Shown here: piece after piece, positions 1 through 7,895 of the stretch
Layout: each line of letters opens with the position of its first letter
How positions within the stretch are numbered: position 1 is the stretch's first letter
NCBI GenBank assembly: GCA_030615175.1
Contig: JAUWZX010000001.1
Span: 62,566 to 126,565 of the forward strand
Source: Candidatus Parvarchaeota archaeon
GTDB lineage: Archaea > Nanobdellota > Nanobdellia > WJKC01
DNA length: 64,000 nucleotides
Reading direction: 5' to 3'
Made by a program: the position numbers and the translations under genes
Notes under the pieces: generated by a model
Seen by the model: the letters and a program-made list of their open reading frames with translations, nothing else
Database searches by the model: none
Told to the model about the DNA's origin: nothing

Positions 1-54
1 CGCCTAAAGTAAAATTTGGGAACGTGCAGATAGTTGCATGAAGTTAGAAGGGAA

Positions 55-129
55 TAGCGGGAGGCGGATTTGAACCGCCGACCTCTGGGTTATGAGCCCA
101 ACGAGCACTCCAGACTGCTCTATCCCGCT
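55..129 (-). tRNA. tRNA-Met (anticodon CAT), initiator-like
   Basis: Minus strand folds as a cloverleaf: acceptor AGCGGGA/TCCCGCT, T arm GGCGG-TTCAAAT-CCGCC, anticodon loop CTCATAA. The A1:U72 pair and three G:C pairs closing the anticodon stem (GGG/CCC) are archaeal initiator hallmarks. No intron, no encoded CCA. Confidence 0.9.
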
Positions 130-176
130 ATATTAAAGTATTAAAAACTATGATTGTTTTAAAAAGATTATGGTTC

Positions 177-815
177 CTATTTCCTGATTGCCTTATTATC
201 CTTTTTCCAGACTCCATAGGAGTAACAGTAAGAGTAAATAATTATCACTACTAATGGCGTTAAGAGCACCCAGAAAAAAGTTTCAGCAGGCAGGATTAAT
301 AATGATAATAATATGAAGCCGTAAGCTTGGAACAATCTGCTGCCCCTTTCATGCGTTTTATCCCAGGCTTTCTCACTTGACAAGGTCCAGGGCGTTTTAA
401 TACCAATAAAGTAATTGCGCTTAACATGCTTCATTAATGTGCCGAGGTAAATAATAAATATTGCTACAGGAATGATGATGAAGTACTTTATGTCAAGCAT
501 TAAGCCGTAAGCACTGAGAATTGTTAATAAGTAAAGAAGAATTATGATTAGGATTAAATTAGTTAGTAAGTGCTCATACTTCATGCCTAATTTCTTAAAA
601 TTCTTCTTGTAAACAACGACTCTTGGAATTAACTTCCATAAGTAATAAAGGCAAACAGCTAATAATGGAATGAATAATGAGAACCCTCTTTGACCCCAAG
701 CGTCAATGTGGCCGCTGGCATTCCAGTGAAGAGGGATTGTCTCAGGCAGGAAGAAGTAAATAATCACTGCTGAAGCAATGAAGGCGATTATTAATGCTTC
801 ATTTAATGAAACCAT
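177..815 (-). CDS. SdpI/DUF1648 family membrane protein
   Basis: 212 aa polytopic membrane protein. N-terminal PETIPLHWNASGHIDAWG (DUF1648-like) and NYFIGIKTPWTLSSEKAWDKTHERGSRLF (SdpI-family signature). Confidence 0.7.
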   Translation of the reverse strand: MVSLNEALIIAFIASAVIIYFFLPETIPLHWNASGHIDAWGQRGFSLFIPLLAVCLYYLWKLIPRVVVYKKNFKKLGMKYEHLLTNLILIIILLYLLTILSAYGLMLDIKYFIIIPVAIFIIYLGTLMKHVKRNYFIGIKTPWTLSSEKAWDKTHERGSRLFQAYGFILLSLLILPAETFFWVLLTPLVVIIIYSYCYSYGVWKKDNKAIRK

Positions 816-830
816 TAGTAAGTAATTAAA

Positions 831-1664
831 TCATTTAATCCTTATTAGCTTTATTAAGTCGCCAACATTATCCTTCATCCACTTTTTAGCAGTGCTTGTT
901 AAGTCACCCTTAGTTACTAGCAATCCAGGCATCCTTTGTTTAAGGGTTTCAGTATAAATTAAACTAAGGTCTGATTCATTAATCCGCTTCTTATTCTTAG
1001 ACTTAATAAAGAATGTTTGAGGGAAAGGTTCATTCATCTTTAGCACGTAATTAGTCTCCCTGTTCCTCCTAACCACTTTTAACACCTTAACTTGCCCCAG
1101 TCTCTCCAAGTAATTCGTAACTTCATTATCAAAACCTGCATTGGATTTTACCCCTTCACTCCAAGAAGACCTGATTCTTACTGGTCTGCCGGGCGCAGGC
1201 TCCGGCTCTGGCACAGGCTTATGAGCGAACAGGGTTACTGGTTTAGGAATTATTGGAGCTGCTCTCTGCTCCACGCCTTTAAGCGAATAGTATTTTTGAT
1301 TATTAATTAATTTAACGTCAATGAAGTCAAGCAAGCTCTTAATAATGAATCTCTCCTGAGGAGTTAATTCAATCTCACTTAAAGACCTCCCCTCCTGCTT
1401 TAATCTCTTAAGTGCATGTCTTTCTGGAATGCTTAAATCATTAAATAATTCCTTCTTAACTAATCCTTCCTGTCCGGAAAGATAGTAAAGTAATGAATTG
1501 CCTATCGGCCTCTTGGACTGCTTGATTACGCCATCATCAATTAATTCAATTAAAACTGCCTTAGTGAGTAATGAATTATAACCTAATTCCTTGCCAACCT
1601 CTACTGGCAGGCTTGGACCGTTACGGCTTAAGAACCTTATAATAATTTCCTTCTGCTCTTTCAT
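831..1664 (-). CDS. hypothetical protein with N-terminal tandem winged-helix-like segments
   Basis: 277 aa ORF. The N-terminal roughly 130 aa look like two wHTH units (IIRFLSRNGPSLPVEVGKELG..., LKRLKQEGRSLSEIELTPQERFIIKSL). No catalytic motif recognised. Confidence 0.4.
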   Translation of the reverse strand: MKEQKEIIIRFLSRNGPSLPVEVGKELGYNSLLTKAVLIELIDDGVIKQSKRPIGNSLLYYLSGQEGLVKKELFNDLSIPERHALKRLKQEGRSLSEIELTPQERFIIKSLLDFIDVKLINNQKYYSLKGVEQRAAPIIPKPVTLFAHKPVPEPEPAPGRPVRIRSSWSEGVKSNAGFDNEVTNYLERLGQVKVLKVVRRNRETNYVLKMNEPFPQTFFIKSKNKKRINESDLSLIYTETLKQRMPGLLVTKGDLTSTAKKWMKDNVGDLIKLIRIK

Positions 1665-1760
1665 AAAGTATTTTTACTTACAAGTGTTTTATCTAATTTT
1701 TGATAGTTCAGAACTATAAAAAATATTGTTTTTTATATTACTAATTATTAAGAAATAAAG

Positions 1761-2354
1761 ATGAATATTAAAAAAGCAGGATTATTAATAGGGTATGCGA
1801 GGAAAGCAATTAAAGCTAAATTTTCTGGCAGGAGTTACAAGCCTAAGAGCATGCCTGAATCCTTAAAAGTGAAAAGAGGCGTGTTTGTCACATTAGAGAA
1901 GCATCCTTCTAAGATGCTTAGAGGGTGTATTGGTTACGTTGAACCAGTGAAGCCTTTATATAAGGCGGTTATTGACGCAGCATTAAACGCTGCATTCAAG
2001 GATTTGAGATTTAAGGAGTTAAGAAAGGATGAACTTGACCGGTTAACAATTGAATTATCAGTGCTCACGATTCCTGAAGAATTAAAGGGCAGTCCAAGGG
2101 ATTATCCTTTAAAGATTAAAATTGGAGTTCACGGCTTAATAATTGAGTATGGATTAATTAAAGGATTATTACTGCCTCAAGTCGCTGTTGAGTGGGGCGT
2201 TAACCCTGTGCAGTTTCTTAAAATGACTTGCGAGAAGGCAGGCCTGCCAAGTGGTTCATGGATAGACCCTAGAGTAAAAGTATTCACTTTCAAGGCAGAG
2301 TTATTCAAAGAAGAGAAGCCTGGCGGGAAAGTAATTAGGCTTGCGCTTGCCTGA
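1761..2354 (+). CDS. AMMECR1 domain protein
   Basis: 197 aa with RGCIGY motif and LLPQVA segment typical of AMMECR1. Confidence 0.8.
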   Translation: MNIKKAGLLIGYARKAIKAKFSGRSYKPKSMPESLKVKRGVFVTLEKHPSKMLRGCIGYVEPVKPLYKAVIDAALNAAFKDLRFKELRKDELDRLTIELSVLTIPEELKGSPRDYPLKIKIGVHGLIIEYGLIKGLLLPQVAVEWGVNPVQFLKMTCEKAGLPSGSWIDPRVKVFTFKAELFKEEKPGGKVIRLALA

Positions 2355-2841
2355 ACCAGTAATACCACAGAACAAATATTAATATCATTAATCCTTCGCG
2401 CCATAGTATTGTGTGAATGAATTCAGTGATGCTTGGAATAGTAAGCGCCACTAAACTAATTCCTACTAATCTGAGGATGTTAACTGCATAAATAACAGGA
2501 ATTCCTATCAGGGCTTTCTTCTTGCTGCTCCACTGCCTTGGACTCGCTGCCACTAACGCTATGAAAGCCAGTATTGAGCGCCAAGCAGTGCATGCTTCGC
2601 CAATAGCTATTAATTCCCCGTTACTTAACTCTATTGAAGGCATGCCTTCAAAGTCAATGCTTGAATGCTTAACACCAATGATGCTTAAGAAGAAACTTGT
2701 CTGGTCGCGCTCGATTAATTCAAGAGGGTATAAATTAATGTTTAATGCTGCTATTAAGTATAATGGTGCTGCCATGACATTAAAGATTATCAGGAATCTT
2801 AATACCTGCCATAACTGCTCCTGATTTAATGATAAATACAT
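2335..2841 (-). CDS. archaeosortase/exosortase-family transpeptidase-like membrane protein (short form)
   Basis: 168 aa, 4-5 TM helices. IGEACTAWRSILAF matches the exosortase Cys motif (EACSGxRS-like). IYAVNILRLVGIS gives the NxxR Arg motif and FIHTILWREG the His motif. These are the Cys/Arg/His triad in the canonical order. Confidence 0.65.
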   Translation of the reverse strand: MYLSLNQEQLWQVLRFLIIFNVMAAPLYLIAALNINLYPLELIERDQTSFFLSIIGVKHSSIDFEGMPSIELSNGELIAIGEACTAWRSILAFIALVAASPRQWSSKKKALIGIPVIYAVNILRLVGISLVALTIPSITEFIHTILWREGLMILIFVLWYYWFRQAQA

Positions 2842-2855
2842 TGATTAATTATTCA

Positions 2856-3320
2856 TCATTTATGCTTTTTAATTCCTACGTTAATGTTCTTTATGCGTTT
2901 CAGGACTAAATCGCGGATTAATGGCTCGAAAATCCTGCTGCCTGCCTTTTTTAAGACCTTATTAATTAATGATTCGTATTGCTTGTAAGCGTAAACAGCC
3001 GCTGCTAATGCGTCACGCTCATGATAATTGCTAAACTTTACTTCATAATTCATGACTAATTCATTCTTACTATTTCTTTTCAAATCATTCTCAGGGCTTA
3101 ACAGCACTGCCTCGAACTTGCTTGCAATTAATTGAACGAATTCAGGAATCTTGGCAACATCGCATGCAATTATTAATGAACTGCCACGACGCGCTAATTC
3201 CTTAACCACTCCTGTAAAGCCATACTTCTTAGAGCTGTTTAGGAAAATTAACTCGCTTTTCATGTTAATAATAGCAATGCCTGTAGTAATGCCCAGGTCA
3301 ATTCCTACAATAACGTTCAA
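2856..3320 (-). CDS. DUF460-like RNase H-fold protein (putative nuclease)
   Basis: 154 aa. VGIDLGITTGIAIIN start, IIACDV and HERDALAAAVYAY resemble the archaeal DUF460 N-domain. Overlaps the upstream XPF gene by 4 nt, so likely an operon. Confidence 0.5.
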   Translation of the reverse strand: MNVIVGIDLGITTGIAIINMKSELIFLNSSKKYGFTGVVKELARRGSSLIIACDVAKIPEFVQLIASKFEAVLLSPENDLKRNSKNELVMNYEVKFSNYHERDALAAAVYAYKQYESLINKVLKKAGSRIFEPLIRDLVLKRIKNINVGIKKHK

Positions 3321-3979
3321 CCCTTATCATACTCCTTATTAATTAATTCAATTATGCGCTTTGCAATGACTGGACCAACTTTATCAACTTCAATTAATTC
3401 ATCTTCTCCTGCTGAGAAAATGTTTTTCAAAGTCTTGAATTTCTTAAGTAAATTAATTGCTATCTGCGCTCCAATATTAGGGAATGAAGCGATAACTGCT
3501 TCCATGAAGTCAGTGTCAGTTAATTTCTTCCTCTTTACGCCGTAAATAATTGGTCGCTTAAGTTTTAACTGCTCCCTCCTGGCGTAAGCAATAATGAGTA
3601 ATGCAGTTTCAACGCCGTCATCAACAATTATTACTGGAATCCCGAAATCAGTTGTAATGCTTGCCAATGCACCTCTGACAGCATTAGGGTGAAGCCTTGA
3701 ACTAAGCAATGAATCACCTTCAATTATAATGACTGGTCTCTCATAATTATCAATTAATTCCTCGCACTGCCTGAATAACCTGCCGTCAATAATGCTTGAC
3801 TCAAAATCCTTCAAAGTCTTGCGCTCAACAGCAACCCTGTCTGAAACAACGAAGTCAGCAACTTCCAAGTGCTTGGATTTAATGTGAACTCCATGCTCGT
3901 AAAGCGTTTTCGCAGCCTTGCTTTTCAACTCTCTTGAGTCAATAATCACTGTCACACTATTTCCCTTTTTCAGTGTCAT
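3317..3979 (-). CDS. xpf: XPF/Hef-type ERCC4 nuclease with C-terminal HhH2
   Basis: 220 aa. VIIDSRE...VADFVVSDRVAVERKTLKDFESSIIDGRLFRQ is the ERCC4 GDxn-ERKx3D core. The C-terminal PNIGAQIAINLLKKF...VDKVGPVIAKRI forms two helix-hairpin-helix motifs. Confidence 0.85.
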   Translation of the reverse strand: MTLKKGNSVTVIIDSRELKSKAAKTLYEHGVHIKSKHLEVADFVVSDRVAVERKTLKDFESSIIDGRLFRQCEELIDNYERPVIIIEGDSLLSSRLHPNAVRGALASITTDFGIPVIIVDDGVETALLIIAYARREQLKLKRPIIYGVKRKKLTDTDFMEAVIASFPNIGAQIAINLLKKFKTLKNIFSAGEDELIEVDKVGPVIAKRIIELINKEYDKG

Positions 3980-4015
3980 AATGCTTTTTAATAAAACCCT
4001 CTATTATAATTGTTT

Positions 4016-4885
4016 ATGAATGCCATGCTTCAAATCCTTTTAAGCACTTCATTAATAGCCTTTGCTCCTATCTTTGGAAGACTTGGTTCAACAATTATTC
4101 ATCCTGCAGTGTTTAGTTTTTATGACATACTAGTGGCCTTTATTGCGTTTACAATCATGATAATAACAACAAAGCCTAAAATGGTTAAAGGATGCTCCAG
4201 AATACTAATAACATCCAGTTTAATCTTTGGCGTCGGAGTATTAATGTATTACACTGCGTTGTCAGTAACTAGTTCTGTTAACGTATCATTCCTAGGGCAG
4301 ATTCAATTAGTGTTCATAATTCTTCTCGGCTTCTTAATCCTTAAGGAAAAACCAAGCCATCAGAAAGTAATCGGGGCAGTCATAGTCTTAATAGGGGGTT
4401 CACTAATAATTTACCAGGAAAACATTAATTTAAGTAGCGGGTGGATTTATGCAATAATTGCTTTCACATTATACTCCATTGTTAACATAGTTTTTAAGAT
4501 TTTAAGGAATAAAGGGTTGGACTCTAAAATAATATTATTCTTCTTAAATGGACTGGCTGCAGCATTACTGCTTGCTTTCATAATAATGTCAGGAATACCT
4601 TTAATTGTTAATTATGGATTACTCTTTGCCGTGATTAATGGATTACTTGTTGACGTTGCAGGGTGGTTATTATTCGTTAATGCATTAAAACGTGTTGAAT
4701 TAAGCAAGGCGTTCATGCTCTTCTCATTAACATCATTATTCACGCTGATTTATTCATTAATTATTTTCAGAACTGAAGTCACATTACTGCAATTACTTGG
4801 CGGCGTATTACTTATTGGAGGCAACATATTCGCTAATAAGCGTCAGGAGAAGTTTAAGGAAGCGCGCGACATCGCTGTTTCATAG
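4016..4885 (+). CDS. EamA/DMT-family transporter
   Basis: About 10 TM helices in two EamA-like halves. The ORF track starts at TTG 4010; ATG at 4016 is more likely. Confidence 0.7.
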   Translation: MNAMLQILLSTSLIAFAPIFGRLGSTIIHPAVFSFYDILVAFIAFTIMIITTKPKMVKGCSRILITSSLIFGVGVLMYYTALSVTSSVNVSFLGQIQLVFIILLGFLILKEKPSHQKVIGAVIVLIGGSLIIYQENINLSSGWIYAIIAFTLYSIVNIVFKILRNKGLDSKIILFFLNGLAAALLLAFIIMSGIPLIVNYGLLFAVINGLLVDVAGWLLFVNALKRVELSKAFMLFSLTSLFTLIYSLIIFRTEVTLLQLLGGVLLIGGNIFANKRQEKFKEARDIAVS

Positions 4886-6382
4886 GAATTTACTGAGTTT
4901 CCGCTGCTCTAATTCATCACTGCTTAACTCTCTTAAAGCGTTTTTCATACGCTTCTCCTTGTAGTAAGCACTCCAGTAATACTTCTCATCAATAGTTCCT
5001 TTAGTGATTAATACGTAAACACTGCCTGTTTTTGCCCTGCCAACCCTGCCCCTTCTCTGAACACTTCTTAATGCGCTAGGCACTGGTTCGAAAAAGATTG
5101 CCATGTCAATGCGCGGGATGTCAAGTCCTTCCTCACTCACACTGGTTGAGACAATTATTTTATACTCTCCTGCCCTGAACTTGTCAAGAACTTCTAACTG
5201 TTTTTTCTGAGTCATGCCACTCTTGCCTCTCTGACCAACGAATAAGTGAGTTGAAATTCCTTCACTTTTTAGTAATTCAATTATTCGTTCAGCAGTCACT
5301 CTGTACTGAGTGAAGATTAGTGAAGTCTTATCAGGGTTTAATTTTAAAATCTTCAGTAATTCATTGAATTTCGGATGCTCTTCTTCAGTGCTGAATGCAA
5401 TGCTCATTGCCTGCCTGAAGTCAAGGTCATTCATTAATGATTTAGCGGCCTTTGCTTTCTGTCTTTTCAAGCCATTAAAGTAATTCCTTAGCGGAGCTAA
5501 ACCTTGGGTTTGAAGCAGTTCAAGTGCGTGCATTACTTTAATAACTCTTGCAGTGCCGCTCATGACGCTGTACATATTAACATCTCTCTCGTCCTGCAAT
5601 TGCTTAACTGCCTGGCTTTGAATTGCCAGCACATTTCGTTTTGAAATCTTTCTTGCATCATGAGTGTCAATTACTTCCAAATCCTTTAATACTTTAAGGC
5701 CCGTGCTTAATGACTTGTTCAGGGATTTCAGTATTTCATTAAGTTCGCTTGGCAGTTCCAGGTAAATTCTGTTTATTAATTTCTTCTTAATGTATGGTTT
5801 AACGTCAGAGTCTTTCTCGCTCCTGTACAGTACTTGAGTGATTGATAAGTTATTGCATACTTCTTTTATTTTTTCCTTAGTGCTTCCTGGGCTTGCAGTA
5901 ATGCTCAGGATTCGCGGATTCTTTGAATGCTTTAAGAACTCCTTGCTAATAAAACAGTAGGCGTACTCCCCTACTGCCCTGTGGCATTCATCAAAAACTA
6001 TTAATGCATAATCACTTAAGTTAATCCTGCGCGTGATTATGTCATTCTCTATTGTCTGTGGTGTTGCAAAAATAATTCTTCTCTTTTTATACTCTCCTCC
6101 TCGTTCTTCTGGCTTCACTGCTCCAGTGAGTAATGCGCACTCTTTTTCCTTTATTGTTGAGTCATTAATGAATGATTTCATATGCTGGTCTGCTAATGGT
6201 TTTGTTGGTGCAAGAATCAGGGCTTTTGATTCAGGGCGCTTGTTAAGTCTGTGAATTGTAAGCATTAATGCTATCAGTGTTTTACCGAGACCTGTAGGCA
6301 ATACTATTAATGAATTCTTATTAACTGCTTTGGCAAATAATTTCTCCTGATACAGTCTTGGCGTGATTTTAAGTTTGTACAT
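4880..6382 (-). CDS. hef: Hef/FANCM-like SF2 helicase (helicase portion only)
   Basis: 500 aa. LPTGLGKT (Walker A), FDECH (motif II), an inserted helical domain, QRRGRVGR (motif VI). N-terminus MYKLKITPRLYQEKLF is typical of the Hef helicase domain. Confidence 0.8.
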   Translation of the reverse strand: MYKLKITPRLYQEKLFAKAVNKNSLIVLPTGLGKTLIALMLTIHRLNKRPESKALILAPTKPLADQHMKSFINDSTIKEKECALLTGAVKPEERGGEYKKRRIIFATPQTIENDIITRRINLSDYALIVFDECHRAVGEYAYCFISKEFLKHSKNPRILSITASPGSTKEKIKEVCNNLSITQVLYRSEKDSDVKPYIKKKLINRIYLELPSELNEILKSLNKSLSTGLKVLKDLEVIDTHDARKISKRNVLAIQSQAVKQLQDERDVNMYSVMSGTARVIKVMHALELLQTQGLAPLRNYFNGLKRQKAKAAKSLMNDLDFRQAMSIAFSTEEEHPKFNELLKILKLNPDKTSLIFTQYRVTAERIIELLKSEGISTHLFVGQRGKSGMTQKKQLEVLDKFRAGEYKIIVSTSVSEEGLDIPRIDMAIFFEPVPSALRSVQRRGRVGRAKTGSVYVLITKGTIDEKYYWSAYYKEKRMKNALRELSSDELEQRKLSKFL

Positions 6383-6470
6383 GACTAATTATTTTTTAAA
6401 TCATTGCTCTTTAAATAGTAAAGGATAGTGCGTGTCTTTGTTTCCGGTAATAATTTGGTGCAGGGGGAAG

Positions 6471-6962
6471 CTAATGTTTCAATACCCTGTAAGCGTATAA
6501 TGCAATGCCTAAAAGAAATAATATTGTACAGAAAGCATACACAAACCCGGCGGGCACTAAATTATAGAAGGGATTAGCACTTAGTGGGAATAATGGTTTA
6601 ATGTCAGTGTAAAGGATGGAGTCAAGCAGGATGTGCAAGTAAACTCCCAAGAATGATGCAAGAAAAATGCTTTTATGAGAGTATTTCTGTTTAAGTTTAA
6701 AAGACGACATTAACTCTCGAATCCTTTTATCCAGTTTAATCATTACAAGAGAAAGAATAACCGCGACTATGGAACCGCCCAGAAAAGAATGAAGAAAACC
6801 GTGCAAAGGGTAATGCAAATCCAAAAACAAGACTAAAAAAGGCTCGGAATCAACAATAATGTTGGCAATCAAAAAGGCAGGCAAGTGAATAAACTGGAAA
6901 AGTAATAAACCAATAAATAATGCAGGGCCGAGATGAAATGGGGTGAAAGGCATATTACTCAC
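6471..6962 (-). CDS. small polytopic membrane protein (DUF4184/YdjM-like putative metal-dependent hydrolase)
   Basis: 163 aa. MPFTPFHLGPA start and several conserved His within TM helices. Family assignment is tentative. Confidence 0.35.
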   Translation of the reverse strand: MSNMPFTPFHLGPALFIGLLLFQFIHLPAFLIANIIVDSEPFLVLFLDLHYPLHGFLHSFLGGSIVAVILSLVMIKLDKRIRELMSSFKLKQKYSHKSIFLASFLGVYLHILLDSILYTDIKPLFPLSANPFYNLVPAGFVYAFCTILFLLGIALYAYRVLKH

Positions 6963-6975
6963 TTATTTGATTAAG

Positions 6976-7126
6976 TGCAGGGGAAGGGATTTTCTCCAAC
7001 CACGGAAGTTCTCTTTTCCGTCAACGCTTTTCTCTTCCAAGAGAAAAGGGTTGTTTTGAACCCTCGCAGGCACTAAGCCACGTGGTCTTGAGCCACGCCC
7101 GTTTGACCAGACTCCGGCACCCCTGC
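6976..7126 (-). tRNA. tRNA-Leu (anticodon CAA) with a roughly 65-nt intron in the T-loop
   Basis: Minus strand: acceptor GCAGGGG/CCCCTGC, D arm TGCCGGAGTCTGGTCAAACGGGC, anticodon stem-loop CGTGG-CTCAAGA-CCACG, long variable arm. T stem GAGGG/CCCTT is interrupted after TTCAAA by an insert at about 6990-7054. The spliced length of about 86 nt fits a class II tRNA. Confidence 0.8.
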
Positions 7127-7164
7127 AATAAAAGTAAGTAATTAAATTAGGCATTAATAAATAT

Positions 7165-7557
7165 TTACATATGCTCTAATTCATCCTTTATCTGTGCTAA
7201 CCCTAGTTTTAATGACCTAATGCTTTCACGCTTCTTTTTCGGCTCCTTCTTAATTTTTTTCTTAACTCTCCTTGCCTTCTTCACTGGTTGCTTCTTTACA
7301 ATTCTAGGTCTTGCCTTTTTCAGTTCTGCAGGCGCTGCTGGTTCTTTGGGAAGTAATTTCTTGAAATCATTAATCTCCACTATCAATTGTGATAGGGTTA
7401 TTAAGAGGTTAGTAACCCCTTTTATTTTGTAAGTCTTAAGCTCTGACAAGTCTTCCTTATTATCCCTGTAGCGCTTTAACAAGTATTTATACCGCTCCTG
7501 CTGCTTGAGAGTTGTGTCATAATAAGGGAATTCAACAAAATAATCACTCCTTGCCAT
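7165..7557 (-). CDS. hypothetical protein with lysine-rich C-terminal half
   Basis: 130 aa ORF, K/R-rich tail (KKARPRIVKKQPVKKARRVKKKIKKEPKKKRE). No recognised family. Confidence 0.4.
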   Translation of the reverse strand: MARSDYFVEFPYYDTTLKQQERYKYLLKRYRDNKEDLSELKTYKIKGVTNLLITLSQLIVEINDFKKLLPKEPAAPAELKKARPRIVKKQPVKKARRVKKKIKKEPKKKRESIRSLKLGLAQIKDELEHM

Positions 7558-7604
7558 TACAATTAATAATTAATGCCTGCAGGGTTAAAAAAAGTTTCTA
7601 ATAA

Positions 7605-7676
7605 TGGGCTCGAGGGGATTCGCACCCCTGTTCTCCACCGTGTGAGGGTGGCGTCATGCTGCTAGACCACGAGCCC
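7605..7676 (-). tRNA. tRNA-Val (anticodon CAC)
   Basis: Acceptor GGGCTCG/CGAGCCC, anticodon stem-loop CCACC-CTCACAC-GGTGG, T arm AGGGG-TGCGAAT-CCCCT. 72 nt, no intron. Confidence 0.9.
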
Positions 7677-7895
7677 ATTAATACTCAGACAAGCAATCCA
7701 ATCCTTATTTTTTTCGGTCAAGCCTTTTTCTAAAAGGGTTGGACCACGAGCCCTCTGATTCATTTATTACATATAATCACTTTAAAATCTTTTTCGTGTC
7801 CGGTAATAATTAATTTTTCCTAATAAAGGAATTACCGGACGTGGACGCGTGCTCTATCCGTCGCCTTATAAAGTGTTAATTATTACTCTTCATTC

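Noticed and set aside
1-54. Window start upstream of the initiator tRNA was checked for a truncated gene.
   Set aside because: The stretch is too short and contains stops in all frames. Nothing there is supportable.
6963-7154. 63-aa ORF from the six-frame track.
   Set aside because: It is completely overlapped by the intron-containing tRNA-Leu gene on the same strand. The translation has no protein-like features.
7841-7872. GC-rich stretch whose minus strand reads GGCGACGGATAGAGCACGCGTCC, reminiscent of a tRNA acceptor/D-arm (possible split-tRNA half).
   Set aside because: I could not draw a D stem, an anticodon arm or a T arm. No complementary 3' half or leader is seen nearby.
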